Shown: positions 1 through 11,315, counted from the stretch's first letter. The stretch: 64,000 bases of DNA from Thermoanaerobaculia bacterium (GCA_963719225.1 CAVRAY010000001.1:1568001-1632000), one strand, 5' to 3'. Notes: generated by a model not told the origin, from the letters alone. Numbers and translations are program-made.

Positions 1-681
1 GGGCCGTACGCGGTCGTCGGAGACCTTTCCCGCGTCGAGGCGAACGCGATCGTGGGCGCCCACACCGTCATCGGGGAACGATGCCGCGTGGGAGCGGGTT
101 CGTGGCTGCACCCCCACGTCGTCCTCTACGACGACGTCGTTCTCGGCGAGCGCGTCGAGGTCCACAGCGGCGCCGTCCTCGGCGCGGACGGTTTCGGATA
201 CGCGACGACGGAGAAGGGCCTCGTGAAGATCCCTCAGGTCGGAGGCGTCACGATCAGCGACGACGTCGAGATCGGCGCGAACACGTGCGTCGACCGCGCG
301 GCTCTCGAGACGACGTCCATCGGCGCGGGCACGAAGATCGACGACCTCGTCATGGTGGGGCACAACGTGCGCGTCGGCTCGCACGACGTCCTCTGCGCGC
401 AAGTGGGGGTCGCGGGCTCGGCCGTCATCGGCGACGGCGTCATCCTCGGCGGGCAGGTCGGCGTCGCGGGCCACCTCAAGGTCGGCAACGGCGTCAAGGT
501 ACAGGCCCAGAGCGGTATCGGGGCGGACGTGCCGGACGGCGAAGCGCTCCACGGGAGCCCTGCGTTCTCGTATCGCGATTACCAGAAGTCGCACATCGAG
601 TTCCGCCGCCTGCCGGAGACGGCGCGTCTCGTGCGCGGCCTGGCCAGGAAATCTGGTCTCCTCAAGGGGGCAGGGGAATGA
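1..681 (+). CDS. lpxD: UDP-3-O-acyl-glucosamine N-acyltransferase (5' truncated by window edge)
   Basis: Hexapeptide repeats, [33 protein letters not shown]; frame open from base 1; upstream of fabZ-lpxA. Confidence 0.95.
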   Translation, partial: GPYAVVGDLSRVEANAIVGAHTVIGERCRVGAGSWLHPHVVLYDDVVLGERVEVHSGAVLGADGFGYATTEKGLVKIPQVGGVTISDDVEIGANTCVDRAALETTSIGAGTKIDDLVMVGHNVRVGSHDVLCAQVGVAGSAVIGDGVILGGQVGVAGHLKVGNGVKVQAQSGIGADVPDGEALHGSPAFSYRDYQKSHIEFRRLPETARLVRGLARKSGLLKGAGE

Positions 682-1154
682 GCGAGCAGAGCTCGGGGAG
701 GAACATCCTGGAGATCATGCGGCTCCTGCCGCACCGATACCCCTTTCTGCTCGTGGACCGCATCGTCTCGATGTCCGAAGGCCCCGTGGTGGTGGGCTCG
801 AAAGTCACCGGCCTCAAGAACGTCTCGGTCAACGAACCGTTCTTTCAGGGTCACTTTCCCGGGAATCCGGTCATGCCCGGAGTTCTCATCCTCGAGTGCA
901 TGGCTCAGGTCGGCGGCTGCCTCTTCTTCACGGGAGTGGACGAGCCTGAAAAGACGCTCATGTACCTCTCGGGCGTCGACAAGGCGCGCTTCAGGCGGCC
1001 GGTGTTCCCGGGCGACCAGCTGGTCGTCGACGCGGAGATCGTGCAGATCCGCTCCAACATCGTGCGTATGAAGGGGGAGGCCCGCGTGGACGGCGCTCTG
1101 TGCGCGGAGGGCGAGTTCATGAGCAGCCTCGTGACGCTCCCTTCGGGACGCTGA
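678..1154 (+). CDS. fabZ: 3-hydroxyacyl-ACP dehydratase
   Basis: [32 protein letters not shown]; ATG at 678 overlaps the lpxD stop. Confidence 0.95.
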   Translation: MSEQSSGRNILEIMRLLPHRYPFLLVDRIVSMSEGPVVVGSKVTGLKNVSVNEPFFQGHFPGNPVMPGVLILECMAQVGGCLFFTGVDEPEKTLMYLSGVDKARFRRPVFPGDQLVVDAEIVQIRSNIVRMKGEARVDGALCAEGEFMSSLVTLPSGR

Positions 1155-1933
1155 TGGCCATCCACGTCACCGCCGTCGTCGACCCGGAGGCTTCCGTGCA
1201 CGAGGCCGCCGAGATCGGCCCCTACGCGATCGTCGGAGCGCGAGTCACGATCGGCGCCCGCACGGTCGTGGGCGCCCACGCCGTGATCGAAGGGCCGACG
1301 ACGCTCGGGGAGGGGAACCGCGTCTCTGCCCTGGCCGCTCTCGGAGGTCCCCCGCAGGACCTCAAGTACAAAGGGGAGCCCACGACCCTCGTGATCGGCA
1401 ACCGCAACACGTTTCGCGAGTTCTGCACGGTCCATCGGGGGACGATGACCGGGCACGGCACCACGATCATCGGGGACGACAACCTGTTCATGGCGTATTC
1501 ACACGTGGCTCACGACTGCGTCGTCGGAAACCGGACCGTCTTCGCGAACGGCGCCTCGCTCGCGGGCCACTGCGCCGTCGGGGACGACGCCGTCCTCGGG
1601 GCTTTCGCGGGCGTCCGGCAGTTCCTGAGGATCGGCCCGCACGCCTTCATCGGGGCGTTCGCCGGCTTGAACCACGACGTCCTGCCGTTTCTCTGGACGT
1701 CCTCGGATCGCGACGTGAGAGCCTGGAAGGTGAACAGCGTCGGACTGGAACGGAAGGGGTTCTCGAAAGAGCGCGTGGCCGCCCTCCAGAAGGCCTACCG
1801 CGTCCTGCACAAGCATCGCCACGACCGCAGCGCCATGATGGCGGCGCTCGAGCCGCTGGCCCGCTCCTCGGACGACGTGAAGGCGCTCCGCGAGTTCATC
1901 GGCAGCTCGGAGCAGGGAATTCACGGGGCGTAA
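1154..1933 (+). CDS. lpxA: Acyl-ACP--UDP-N-acetylglucosamine O-acyltransferase
   Basis: PQDLKYKGE, REFCTVHRGT, MAYSHVAHDC; ATG at 1154 overlaps the fabZ TGA. Confidence 0.95.
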   Translation: MAIHVTAVVDPEASVHEAAEIGPYAIVGARVTIGARTVVGAHAVIEGPTTLGEGNRVSALAALGGPPQDLKYKGEPTTLVIGNRNTFREFCTVHRGTMTGHGTTIIGDDNLFMAYSHVAHDCVVGNRTVFANGASLAGHCAVGDDAVLGAFAGVRQFLRIGPHAFIGAFAGLNHDVLPFLWTSSDRDVRAWKVNSVGLERKGFSKERVAALQKAYRVLHKHRHDRSAMMAALEPLARSSDDVKALREFIGSSEQGIHGA

Positions 1934-2041
1934 GAGAAGAGTTTCTTGGAAAGAGGAAGAGGGCACGGGGGATTATTCTTGGAAGGGTGAGTGAAGCCGC
2001 GGCGGCACGACAGGCTCCGGCGCACTGAGGCGGCGACCCGT

Positions 2042-3367
2042 TCATGACCCTTTCGAAGAAATCTTTATCTTTCTCTTGATGACCTGCGAAAGCCTACGGA
2101 TCCCTTCGTCAATGACGTCCGGCGGCGCGTAGGAGAAGTTGAGCCGCATGGTCTCCTCGCCGCCGCCGCACGGGTAGAAGGCCGCGCCCGGGACGAAGGC
2201 GACGTTTTCCCGGATCGCCTCGTCGAGGAGCGCCGCGGTGTCGAATCCCTTCGGCAGCGTGGCCCACAGGAACAGGCCTCCCTGCGGCCGCGTCCAGCGG
2301 ACGCCGCGCGGAGCGTGACGCGCGAGGGAGGAGAGCATCGCGTCCCGGCGCTCGCCGTAGACCTTCCGGATGCGGCGGACGTGCCGGTCCAGGAATCCCC
2401 CTCTCGCGACCTCGTACGCCACGTACTGGCAGAAGGTCGAGGAATGGAGGTCCGCGCCCTGCTTGATCTGGACGAGCTTCGAGATCACGGCCTCGGGCGC
2501 CACGACCCAAGCCATCCTCAGGCCGGGTGCGAGAGTCTTGGAGAGCGTCGACATGTAGAGCACGTTGCCGGTGAAGGCTTTCTCACCGTTTCCGCAGCCG
2601 TGGAGCTCGGCGTCGAGCTTCACGAGCGACGGAAGGTGCTCGCCCTCGTACCGTAGCTGCCCGTACGGATCGTCCTCGACGATCGGGATGCCGTAGTGCG
2701 CCGCCCTCTCGACGACGTGGCGGCGCCGGGCGAGGCTCAACGTGACGCCGGCGGGATTCTGGAAGTTGGGTAGCACGTACAGGAACTTCGGACCGGCGCG
2801 CAGCTGGGTTTCGAGGACGCCGAGGTCGAGGCCTTCGTCGTCGATCGGCACCGGCAGGTACTCGGCCTGGTACGCGTTGAAGGCCTGGAGGGCCCCGAGG
2901 TACGTCGGCGCCTCGGTGAGCACCTGATCGCCGGGATTGATGAGGAGCTTGCCCACGAGATCGAGAGCCTGCTGCGAGCCGGACGTGATGAGGAGGTTCT
3001 CCGGCCTGACGACGACCCCGTAGCGCGCCATGTGGCGGACGAGGAGCTCGCGGAGGGGCCGGTAGCCTTCGGTCGTCGTGTACTGGAGGGCCGTCGTGCC
3101 GTGCTCGGTCAGGACGCGGTCCGTCGCCGCACGGATCTCCTCGACCGGGAAAACCTCGGGCGCCGGCAGCCCTCCGGCGAAGGAGATGATGTCGGGCTTT
3201 TCGGTGAGCTTCAGGAGCTCGCGGATCATGGAGGCCTTGATGCGCTGCGTGCGCTGCGCGAAACGTTGATTCCACGAGGTTTCCGGGGCGGGAGCGGCCG
3301 GGCGCGCGATGGTCCCGTCCGCGATCAGACTGCCGAGGAGAGGTTCCTCCTCCGAGACGATCGACAT
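2042..3367 (-). CDS. PLP-dependent class I/II aminotransferase (2-aminoadipate transaminase/LysN-like family)
   Basis: ISFAGGLP, PNFQNPAG, EDDPY, STLSKTLAPGLR; start chosen at MSIVSE. Confidence 0.85.
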   Translation of the reverse strand: MSIVSEEEPLLGSLIADGTIARPAAPAPETSWNQRFAQRTQRIKASMIRELLKLTEKPDIISFAGGLPAPEVFPVEEIRAATDRVLTEHGTTALQYTTTEGYRPLRELLVRHMARYGVVVRPENLLITSGSQQALDLVGKLLINPGDQVLTEAPTYLGALQAFNAYQAEYLPVPIDDEGLDLGVLETQLRAGPKFLYVLPNFQNPAGVTLSLARRRHVVERAAHYGIPIVEDDPYGQLRYEGEHLPSLVKLDAELHGCGNGEKAFTGNVLYMSTLSKTLAPGLRMAWVVAPEAVISKLVQIKQGADLHSSTFCQYVAYEVARGGFLDRHVRRIRKVYGERRDAMLSSLARHAPRGVRWTRPQGGLFLWATLPKGFDTAALLDEAIRENVAFVPGAAFYPCGGGEETMRLNFSYAPPDVIDEGIRRLSQVIKRKIKISSKGS

Positions 3368-3477
3368 GGACACACCCCCAAGGCAAGCGTCGGGCCGGAG
3401 GCGTCCGGCCGCCATGATGCGGGCTGATCAGGGCAAAAAACGCTCCGTGGACTCATGGCCGAAGGAAGTCACAAGAA

Positions 3478-3504
3478 GAGTCTGATAGACTCATGGCGAT
3501 GAGT
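3478..3504. promoter_or_regulatory. Putative antitoxin operator palindromes
   Basis: GAGTCT-gat-AGACTC (3478-3492) and ACTCAT-ggcg-ATGAGT (3489-3504) at the antitoxin start; GACTCATGGC also occurs at 3450. Confidence 0.5.
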
Positions 3505-3750
3505 AAGCGCCTTCAGGTCCTTCTCGACGAGCCCGAAATCCGCGAGATCCAGCGCGCCGCGCGCGCGAAGCGCATGACCGTGGCGGAGTGGGTGCGTGGT
3601 GCCCTTCGAGACGCGCGCCGGAAGGAGCCGCTCGGCGATGTTGCGGACAAGCTCGCAGCGATCCGACGGGCGGCCCGCCATCAGGGCCCGACCGCGGACA
3701 TCGGCCAGATGCTCGCTGAGATCGAGAAGGGATACGAATCGGGCGAGTGA
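3493..3750 (+). CDS. Ribbon-helix-helix antitoxin (VapB-like)
   Basis: 85 aa, SKRLQVLL...TVAEWVR RHH-like pattern; overlaps the downstream PIN toxin by 4 nt. Confidence 0.8.
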   Translation: MAMSKRLQVLLDEPEIREIQRAARAKRMTVAEWVRGALRDARRKEPLGDVADKLAAIRRAARHQGPTADIGQMLAEIEKGYESGE

Positions 3751-4142
3751 TCTTCGTCGATTCGAACGTCCCGATGTACCTCGTCGGGTCTGCACATCCC
3801 CACAAGGTCGACGCACAGAGGCTGCTCGAGCAGCTCATCTCTGAAAGGCGTCGCCTCGTGACGAACGTGGAGGTCCTGCAGGAGATCCTCCACCGCTACG
3901 TGTCCATCGACAGGCGGGACATGATTCAACTGGCCTTCGATGCCCTCCTGGCTGTCGTCGACGAGGTGTTTTCCGTTCAGGCCTCGACCGTTGGCCTCGC
4001 GAAGGCGATCGTCCTCGCCCGCCGGAAACTGTCGGCGCGTGACGCGCTGCACCTCGCCGTCATGGAAGAGCAGGGCGTGAGCGAGATCCTGACTTTCGAC
4101 GCGGGGTTCGACGGATACCCCGGCGTCACGCGACTTCGCTGA
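3747..4142 (+). CDS. vapC: PIN-domain toxin (VapC family)
   Basis: IFVDSN, VLQE, RDALHLA, TFDAGF acidic PIN motifs, 131 aa. Confidence 0.9.
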   Translation: MIFVDSNVPMYLVGSAHPHKVDAQRLLEQLISERRRLVTNVEVLQEILHRYVSIDRRDMIQLAFDALLAVVDEVFSVQASTVGLAKAIVLARRKLSARDALHLAVMEEQGVSEILTFDAGFDGYPGVTRLR

Positions 4143-4374
4143 GCGTCGATACACGCCAAGAAGAACGGGAATTTCTTCGAGGGTGAGCGCGTCCGCCGCC
4201 GTGCTCAAAAGTAGCAACGGGGCGGAGCGGCACGTCGCCCGAGCAACCCCCGAACGTCCGTGCAGGGTACGGCGAGCGCCACGGGCTCGTAGTCACGAAC
4301 CGTCCCCTGCCGCTGTCGTCCGGAGACGGCACAAAAGGCTGCGCGAACAGGAGGACCGCGACTAGGAAGATCGT

Positions 4375-6465
4375 CTACTCCTCGACGACCTCCACCTTGC
4401 GGTGCTTCGCGTGCTCGGCGATGAGCTTTTCCTGGAGGGGGCGCGGGACCTCCTCGTAGTGGTCCATCTCCATGTGGAACGAGCCGCGCCCCTGGGTGAT
4501 CGCGCGCAGGATGGACCCGTACGAGATCATCTCGGCGAGAGGCGCCTCGGCGCGGATGATCGAGTCGTCGCCCTCCTGGTCCATGCCCGCCGGCCGGCCG
4601 CGGCGCGACGTGAGGTCACCCATGAGATCGCCCATGTATTCCTGCGGCGCGCGGATCGCGATCCTCATGATCGGCTCGAGGATGGTCGGCTTCGCCCTCT
4701 CCATGGCGTCCTTGTAAGCCAGCGATCCCGCGATCTTGAACGCCATCTCCGACGAGTCGACGTCGTGGTACTGCCCGTCGTACAGCTCGACCCGGAAGTC
4801 CACCATCGGGAAGCCGGCGAGGAAGCCGCGCTTGCGCACGTCCTGGATGCCTTTTTCGACTGCCGGCACGTAGTTACGCGGGATCGAGCCGCCGTAGAGG
4901 TCGTCCACGAACTCGAAATCCGTGCCGCGGGCGAGCGGCTTGATGCGGATCTTGCAGTCCGCGAACTGGCCGTGCCCGCCCGTCTGCTTCTTGTGCCGGC
5001 CGTGCCCCTCGGCCGGCCGCGTGATCGTCTCGCGGTACGGGACCTTCGGCGGGTGGAGGATGACCTCGACGCCGCTCTTTCTCCTCATGCGCGCGACCGC
5101 GATCTCGACGTGCAGCTGTCCGGCGCCCGCGAGCAGGAACTCGTGCGTGTCGGCGTCCCGCGAGAAGCGGAGGGACGGGTCCTCCTCGATGAGCTTGTGG
5201 AGAGCGACCGAGATCTTGTCCTCGTCCCCCTTCGACTTCGGCTCGATCGCGAAGGCGATCGCGGGCTCCGGAATCGACGCCGGCGGGAAGAGGAACGGCT
5301 TTTCCTTCGTGGAGAGGGAATCGCCCGTGAGGGTCTCCTTGAGCTTGGCGACGCCGCCGACGTCGCCCGCCGGGATCTCTGGGACCGTCTGCATCGCCTT
5401 CCCGAGGGGGGCGAAGACGGGGCCGAAGCGCTCCGCCGTCTCGCGCGTGGCATTCCAGTAGGTGCCGTCGCTCTTGAACGTGCCCGAGACGACCCGGAAG
5501 AGCGTCAGGCGCCCGGCGTACGGATCGGAGATCGTCTTGAAGACGAAGGCCGCCGCGGGGCCGGACGCGTCGGCGGCGAGGGCTTCGCTCTGCCCGGCCT
5601 TGTTCCTGGCGACGGTCTGGAAGGAATCGGCCGTCGGCAGCAGATCCACGATCTCGTCGAGGAGCTTTTCGACCCCGGTCTCGTGTTCGCCGCTGGCGGC
5701 GAAGAGAACCGGAGTGATCTTGCGGTCGCGAATGGCCTTCACGAGGGCGGGCTTCATCTGCTCCTCGGAGAGGTTGCCCTGGGCGAAGAACGTCTCCATG
5801 AGCTTGTCGTCACCCTCGGCGACCATCTCGACGAGCGACTCGTGCAGCGTCGCGGCATCCTTCGCGAACTCTTCGGGGATGGGGCCCGGCGCCGTCTTGC
5901 CCCCGGCGTCGGTCAGGTAGCCCTCCATGGCCACGAGGTCGATGACGCCGCGAAAGGACTTCTCGCGCCCGATCGGGGCTTCGAGGCAGACGCAGGTGCG
6001 GCCGAACTTGCGGGAAAGCTGCTCCATGACGCGGCCGCCGTCCGCGTTCTCGCGGTCCATCCGGTTGACGACCACGAGGCGGGGGAGGCCGAGCTCGTCG
6101 CAAAGCTTCCAGGCTTTCTCCGTCTGGACCTCGACGCCCGCGACGGCGTCCACGACGAGAAGCGCGGCATCCGCGGCTTTGAGGCCGCAGATCATCTCGG
6201 AGACGAAGATCCCGTATCCCGGCGTGTCGATGAGGTTGACCTTCTTCTTCTTCCACTCGAGCGACCCGACCGCGAGCGAGATCGAGATCTTCCGCTCGAC
6301 CTCCTCCGCGTCGAAATCGGTCGGCGCATTGCCGTCCTCGACGCGCCCGAACCTCTGCGTCGCGCCCGCTTCGTGCAGGAGCGCGGAGACGAGCGTCGTC
6401 TTGCCGACGCCATTGTGGCCGACGACGGCGACGTTGTGGACGGCGGAAGCGGGATAAACCTTCAT
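4375..6465 (-). CDS. Elongation factor G paralog (EF-G II / EF-G-like)
   Basis: GHNGVGKT, DTPG, NRMD, GQLHVEI, KKQTGGHGQF, YHDVDSSEMAF; lacks RGITI and is not in an str operon. Confidence 0.9.
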   Translation of the reverse strand: MKVYPASAVHNVAVVGHNGVGKTTLVSALLHEAGATQRFGRVEDGNAPTDFDAEEVERKISISLAVGSLEWKKKKVNLIDTPGYGIFVSEMICGLKAADAALLVVDAVAGVEVQTEKAWKLCDELGLPRLVVVNRMDRENADGGRVMEQLSRKFGRTCVCLEAPIGREKSFRGVIDLVAMEGYLTDAGGKTAPGPIPEEFAKDAATLHESLVEMVAEGDDKLMETFFAQGNLSEEQMKPALVKAIRDRKITPVLFAASGEHETGVEKLLDEIVDLLPTADSFQTVARNKAGQSEALAADASGPAAAFVFKTISDPYAGRLTLFRVVSGTFKSDGTYWNATRETAERFGPVFAPLGKAMQTVPEIPAGDVGGVAKLKETLTGDSLSTKEKPFLFPPASIPEPAIAFAIEPKSKGDEDKISVALHKLIEEDPSLRFSRDADTHEFLLAGAGQLHVEIAVARMRRKSGVEVILHPPKVPYRETITRPAEGHGRHKKQTGGHGQFADCKIRIKPLARGTDFEFVDDLYGGSIPRNYVPAVEKGIQDVRKRGFLAGFPMVDFRVELYDGQYHDVDSSEMAFKIAGSLAYKDAMERAKPTILEPIMRIAIRAPQEYMGDLMGDLTSRRGRPAGMDQEGDDSIIRAEAPLAEMISYGSILRAITQGRGSFHMEMDHYEEVPRPLQEKLIAEHAKHRKVEVVEE

Positions 6466-6635
6466 TCGGAGGTCCTCCGGAGTTTCGTTTCGGGGCGGGG
6501 ATTATAGGCGCGGCTGTTCAGGCGCAGCAGCTTCTTTTCGCCGGCCGGAGACTGCACAGGAAGAGGACACGGCGATTGCGCGGCTCTCCAGGGCCGCTTG
6601 CCGCGCGGCTGTTAGAATTTCGGGGATTCCGGGTC

Positions 6636-9425
6636 ATGCCCCGGATGGCCTGCGTGATCGTACGCAGGTACGGAGGTCGTCTGCCGCCCGAACCGGGACC
6701 GTCCAGTCTGCCCAGGAAATTCGCGCGCTACGAAGTGGAGCGCGAGCTGGGAAAGGGTGCGATGGGCGTCGTCTTTCTCGGGCGCGATCCCGTCATCGGC
6801 CGGCGCGTCGCGCTGAAGACGATCCGGGCGAACGGCGAGGACGATTCGGAAACGCGGGAGTTCACGGAGCGTTTCCTCCGCGAGGCGCAGGCGGCGGGGA
6901 CGCTCTCCCACCCGAATATCGTCACGATCCACGACGTCGGCGAGGAAGTCGAGACCGGGACGTCCTTCATCGCGATGGAGTACGTCGAGGGGAAGAACCT
7001 CAAACAGCTCCTGAAGGACAAGGTCTCTTTTTCGTACGACCGGATCGCCGAGATCGTCATCTCGGTCGCGGACGCGCTCGACTACGCCCACCGTCGCGGG
7101 ATCGTGCACCGTGACGTGAAGCCGGCGAACATCATCCTCACGACCGACGGGACCGTGAAGATCACGGACTTCGGAATCGCGAAGATGGAGAGCTCGAGCC
7201 TCACGGCCACCGGACAGTTTCTTGGAACGCCGAACTACATGTCGCCCGAGCAGGTCACCGGCGAGATCGTGGACGGGCGCAGCGACCTGTTCTCTCTCGG
7301 CGTGGTCCTGTACGAGCTCCTCACGAAGAAGAAGCCGTTCGCCGGGGACAACCTCACGTCGATCTCCTACAAGATCGTGCACGAGGAGTATCCGCCGCCG
7401 CAGACGTACGACGCCACGATCCCGGCCGAGTTCAACCCGATCCTCGCACGCGCGCTCGCGAAGGACCCGGCCGCCCGATTCCAGAGCGGAAGGGACTTCG
7501 TGCGGGCCCTCTCCGAGTTCCGGGCCCGGCACGCCGAGATGGAGATGCTGAAGGACCTGGGCGAGATGGTGGCCCAGGCCGAGCGGCTGGGCTCCGTGTC
7601 GGCCGTCGAGTCCAAGGAAAGCCTCCCGTCGACCCAGGAGACGATCAAGCCCGCGACGGGAGCCATGCCCTCGCGTCCCGGCGGCATTGGGCCTTTCGGC
7701 GGCGGAAACACGACGCTGGAGGATCTCGCCCGCCGCGGCCGAAGCGATCTCGACCCCTCGCTGGCCGCGATTCCGCCGCGTTCGCTCAGCAAGGAAACGT
7801 CGATTCCCGACTGGAGCCTGGACACCGACTCTCTGAAGCGGAATTCGGTGAACGAGCGGGACGAAGCCGCCGGTCCTCACGAGCCTCCGCCGTCCTCCCC
7901 CGGGACGCTCGTCTCCGACGTGAAGCGCGGCGTCAAGCCCGCGACCGAGAAAGACAGCGAAGCGGTCAAGGTCCCGGAGACTCCCCCCGAGGTGCCGCCC
8001 CGTCCGCCGGAACCCGTGCTTCCCGCGAACGATCCTCTCTCACAGGTGACGGAGAGGATTCAGACGATTCGCCCTCCGGCGGTCCCCCCGCCGCCCGCGG
8101 CTCCTCCGAGAGATTCCGCTCGGGAGAGCGCTTCGCTGATGCCGCCTCCCGCGGTCACCGCGGTGCCCCCTCCGCCCGCCAGGAACCCTGCGCCGCTCCG
8201 GACGTTCGCGCCACCCATTGCGCCCGTGACTCCGCCGAGCGGCGTTCCCCGGATCCCCAAAGCGGCGCGGGACATCACGGGGCCGATCCAGCCCATTCGA
8301 CCCGTGGGAAGCACGTCGGCGTCTCCATCCCGGTCGCCCGCCGGCCGTCCCGCCGGCGCTCCCGGACGTCCGCCGGGCCGGGACATCACGGGTCCGATCA
8401 CGGGCCCTGTCCCGACGTTATCGCCGCGCCCCGGAACGCCGGTGGCCGGCGCCCTGAGCCTCGGCGGCCAGCCTCTGTCGGAGCGCGTGCCGGAAGCCCT
8501 CAAGCGCGAGGTGAGTCGGCGATTCGTGTACCTCATCGTCGGTGGCGCCGTGCTGCTGGCGCTCGTCGTCGTCGGGGCGCTCCTCCAGCGGAGCTGCGCG
8601 ATCGCGGGCAAGACTCCCGACCTGACTTCGGAACGCGACACGCTCGCGCGGAAGAGGCTTCTCGAGGACGGCAACCGGGCGCTGGCGCAGGGCCGACCGG
8701 CGGAGGCGCGGACCGCTTTCCTCGAGCTCCTGCGGCAGGCTCCCGATTCCGTTGCTGCGCGCGCGGCGCTCGAGAAAGCGGACGCGGCGCTCGCGAAGAA
8801 GGAGGATCAGGACCGTCGCATCGCGGAAGCCGGCGCGCGCCTCGCGGTCGCCCGGGAGGCCCTCGCCGCGAAGGATTTCGCCCGCGTCGTCGTGGAAGCG
8901 GACACGGTCCTGGCTCTCATCCCCGGCAATGCCGAAGCGCAGGAGCTCAAGGCCGCCGCTCAGGCGGAGGTCGCGAAGCAGGGGCGCTCGGCGCAGAAGA
9001 AATCAGCGGAGCAGCTTCGCGCTCTGAGGTCCGCGTCGAAGCCCACGGTCGCGCCGACGGCTGCTCCCGAGCCGGTCGCGGCAGCGCCGCAGGTCGAGGC
9101 GACGCCGATTCCGAAGCCGACGCCGGCTCGCGCCCGACTGCGCATCGCCGTCACCGTACCGGCCCCGCAGGGCTACGTGATGCTGCGCCGCAACGACGTG
9201 GAGGTCTTCCGACGCTCCTTCGACTTCGGCCGAAAGTCCGGCGGCGGGAGCTTCGACGGCGAGATCGATCTGCCGACCGGACAGGCCGAGTTCAAGGCCT
9301 GGGTCATCGCAACGGATCGCAGCGTCAACCAGTACAAAGTCTTCACGTTCACGCTCTCGGGCGACGGCCGCACCCTCGCGCTCGACGTGGATGCCTCGAA
9401 GAGCCTCATCATCAAGCTGCGATAG
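6636..9425 (+). CDS. Hanks-type Ser/Thr protein kinase with Pro-rich linker, TM helix and helical (TPR-like) C-terminal region
   Basis: LGKGAMGVV, VALK, HRDVKPAN, DFG, GTPNYMSPEQ; TM FVYLIVGGAVLLALVVVGALL; start uncertain. Confidence 0.9.
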   Translation: MPRMACVIVRRYGGRLPPEPGPSSLPRKFARYEVERELGKGAMGVVFLGRDPVIGRRVALKTIRANGEDDSETREFTERFLREAQAAGTLSHPNIVTIHDVGEEVETGTSFIAMEYVEGKNLKQLLKDKVSFSYDRIAEIVISVADALDYAHRRGIVHRDVKPANIILTTDGTVKITDFGIAKMESSSLTATGQFLGTPNYMSPEQVTGEIVDGRSDLFSLGVVLYELLTKKKPFAGDNLTSISYKIVHEEYPPPQTYDATIPAEFNPILARALAKDPAARFQSGRDFVRALSEFRARHAEMEMLKDLGEMVAQAERLGSVSAVESKESLPSTQETIKPATGAMPSRPGGIGPFGGGNTTLEDLARRGRSDLDPSLAAIPPRSLSKETSIPDWSLDTDSLKRNSVNERDEAAGPHEPPPSSPGTLVSDVKRGVKPATEKDSEAVKVPETPPEVPPRPPEPVLPANDPLSQVTERIQTIRPPAVPPPPAAPPRDSARESASLMPPPAVTAVPPPPARNPAPLRTFAPPIAPVTPPSGVPRIPKAARDITGPIQPIRPVGSTSASPSRSPAGRPAGAPGRPPGRDITGPITGPVPTLSPRPGTPVAGALSLGGQPLSERVPEALKREVSRRFVYLIVGGAVLLALVVVGALLQRSCAIAGKTPDLTSERDTLARKRLLEDGNRALAQGRPAEARTAFLELLRQAPDSVAARAALEKADAALAKKEDQDRRIAEAGARLAVAREALAAKDFARVVVEADTVLALIPGNAEAQELKAAAQAEVAKQGRSAQKKSAEQLRALRSASKPTVAPTAAPEPVAAAPQVEATPIPKPTPARARLRIAVTVPAPQGYVMLRRNDVEVFRRSFDFGRKSGGGSFDGEIDLPTGQAEFKAWVIATDRSVNQYKVFTFTLSGDGRTLALDVDASKSLIIKLR

Positions 9426-9427
9426 GC

Positions 9428-11158
9428 ATGCGGCGCATGCGCTCGCGCTTCGCCGCCGGAGCCGTCTCGGCACTTTTCCTCGGACTCGCCGCCCTCCCGG
9501 CGCGGGCCTCCGCACCGTTCGGCGAGGCGACGGCCGCGCGCTCCAAAAAGGGCATGATCTCGGCGGCGACGCGGGAGTCCGTCGATGCGGGCGTCCGTGT
9601 CCTCGCCGCGGGAGGCGACGCCGTGGACGCGGCGATTGCCGCCGCCTTCGTCCTCGCGGTCACGTATCCGCAGGCCGGGAACCTCGCGGGCGGAGGATTC
9701 GCTGTCGTGCGGACGGCCGAGGGCGGCTTCTACGCGCTGGACTTCCGCGAAACCGCTCCGGCGGCGACCTGGCGAAACACGTATCTCGACTCGGGAGGGG
9801 CCTTCCGGCAGATGGCGTCCCGCTACGGCGGTCTCGCGGTGGCGACACCGGGGACGGTCCGTGGCCTCGAGACCCTGCACAGAAAATTCGGCCGCTTGCC
9901 GTGGAGACGGCTTCTCGCACCCGCGATCTCGCTCGCACGGGACGGGTATCGCGTCCCGCCCGGACTCGCCCGCCAGCTCGCCGAAGCGCCCGTCCGGCGC
10001 GTCCTCTCGCGCGATCCCGAAGCCGCGCGCCTCTTCTATCCGGGGGGGGAGCCCGTCGCCCCGGGAACGCTTCTCGTGCAACCGGACCTCGCGAGGACGC
10101 TCGAGGCGATCGCGTCGCGGGGGGCGGACGGATTCCACCGGGGAGAGGTCGCCCGCAGGGTTGCGGAGTTCGTCCGCGCGACCGGCGGAGTCCTGACGGA
10201 GGAGGACCTCGCCGCCTACGCGCCGACGTGGCGAGTGCCGTTCGCGTTCGACGACGGCCGCTTCCGACTCGTGACGATGCCCCCTCCCTCGGCGGGAGGC
10301 TTCCTCCTCGCGTCGATCCTCGGCCAGCTCCGCTTCGTGCGCGGGGACATCTCGTCGCGCGACTCCGTGGAGTCCATCCACCTGATCGCGGAAGCCGAGC
10401 GACGCGGGTTCGCCGACCGGAGCCGGTTTCTCGGGGACCCCGACTGCGTGGACGTGCCGCTCGCACGGCTCCTCGCGCCCGCCCGCCTCGCCGCGCTCGG
10501 CTTCTCGATCGACCCCGCGCGGGCCACGCCGTCCCGGGATGTGGCGGGCGGCGCGTGGCCCGGCGAGCGCGATCAGACGACGCACCTGTCGACCGCAACG
10601 GCGGACGGCGACGCCGTGGCGCTCACGTACACGTTGAACGACGCCTTCGGAAACGGCGCGATCGTGCCGGGTGTCGGAATCCTCCTCAACAACGAGATGG
10701 ACGACTTCGCGGCCGTGCCGGGGACCGCGAACATGTACGGCCTCGTCCAGGGCGAGGCGAACGCCGTGCGCGCGGGCGGGCGGCCCCTGTCCTCCATGAC
10801 GCCGACGATCGTCCTCGAGGACGGCCGGCCGCGCTTCGTCCTGGGCTCGCCGGGAGGCTCCACGATTCCGACGACGGTCCTGCAGGTCTTCCTGAACGCC
10901 GGCCCGCGAGGACAGCCTCTCGAGGAGGCGGTGGCTGCAGGGCGCTTCCATCACCAGCACCTGCCGGACCGTATCGAGGTGGAACGCGGAGAGTTTCCCG
11001 AACGCGTGAAAGCGGCGCTGCGCTCGAAAGGGCACGTGGTTTTCGAGCGCTCGCCGAAGAACCCGCTGGGAAGCGTCCACGCCATCGCCTTCGAAAAGGA
11101 CGGAACCCTCACCGGGGTGGCCGACCCGCGCGGCTACGGGGCCGCAGCCGGACCGTAG
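9428..11158 (+). CDS. ggt: Gamma-glutamyltransferase (secreted)
   Basis: Signal peptide, DFRE, QTTHLS catalytic Thr, [21 protein letters not shown]. Confidence 0.93.
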   Translation: MRRMRSRFAAGAVSALFLGLAALPARASAPFGEATAARSKKGMISAATRESVDAGVRVLAAGGDAVDAAIAAAFVLAVTYPQAGNLAGGGFAVVRTAEGGFYALDFRETAPAATWRNTYLDSGGAFRQMASRYGGLAVATPGTVRGLETLHRKFGRLPWRRLLAPAISLARDGYRVPPGLARQLAEAPVRRVLSRDPEAARLFYPGGEPVAPGTLLVQPDLARTLEAIASRGADGFHRGEVARRVAEFVRATGGVLTEEDLAAYAPTWRVPFAFDDGRFRLVTMPPPSAGGFLLASILGQLRFVRGDISSRDSVESIHLIAEAERRGFADRSRFLGDPDCVDVPLARLLAPARLAALGFSIDPARATPSRDVAGGAWPGERDQTTHLSTATADGDAVALTYTLNDAFGNGAIVPGVGILLNNEMDDFAAVPGTANMYGLVQGEANAVRAGGRPLSSMTPTIVLEDGRPRFVLGSPGGSTIPTTVLQVFLNAGPRGQPLEEAVAAGRFHHQHLPDRIEVERGEFPERVKAALRSKGHVVFERSPKNPLGSVHAIAFEKDGTLTGVADPRGYGAAAGP

Positions 11159-11224
11159 GGGCTTCGGTGTCGAGCACACTCCGTTGGCGGCGTGGGGCGC
11201 CGGGATGGTATCGTCCGCGCTCCT

Positions 11225-11301
<77 letters not shown>

Positions 11302-11315
11302 TCTCCTCACGCCTC

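Noticed and set aside
4143-4374. Small ORFs or ncRNA between vapC and the EF-G paralog
   Set aside because: No RBS, motif or convincing structure.
4402-6507. Many long overlapping or antisense ORFs (e.g. 4402-6507, 9173-11353, 31861-34941, 52843-55497)
   Set aside because: Shadow frames of real genes in high-GC DNA; Arg/Pro/Ala-rich with no family motifs.
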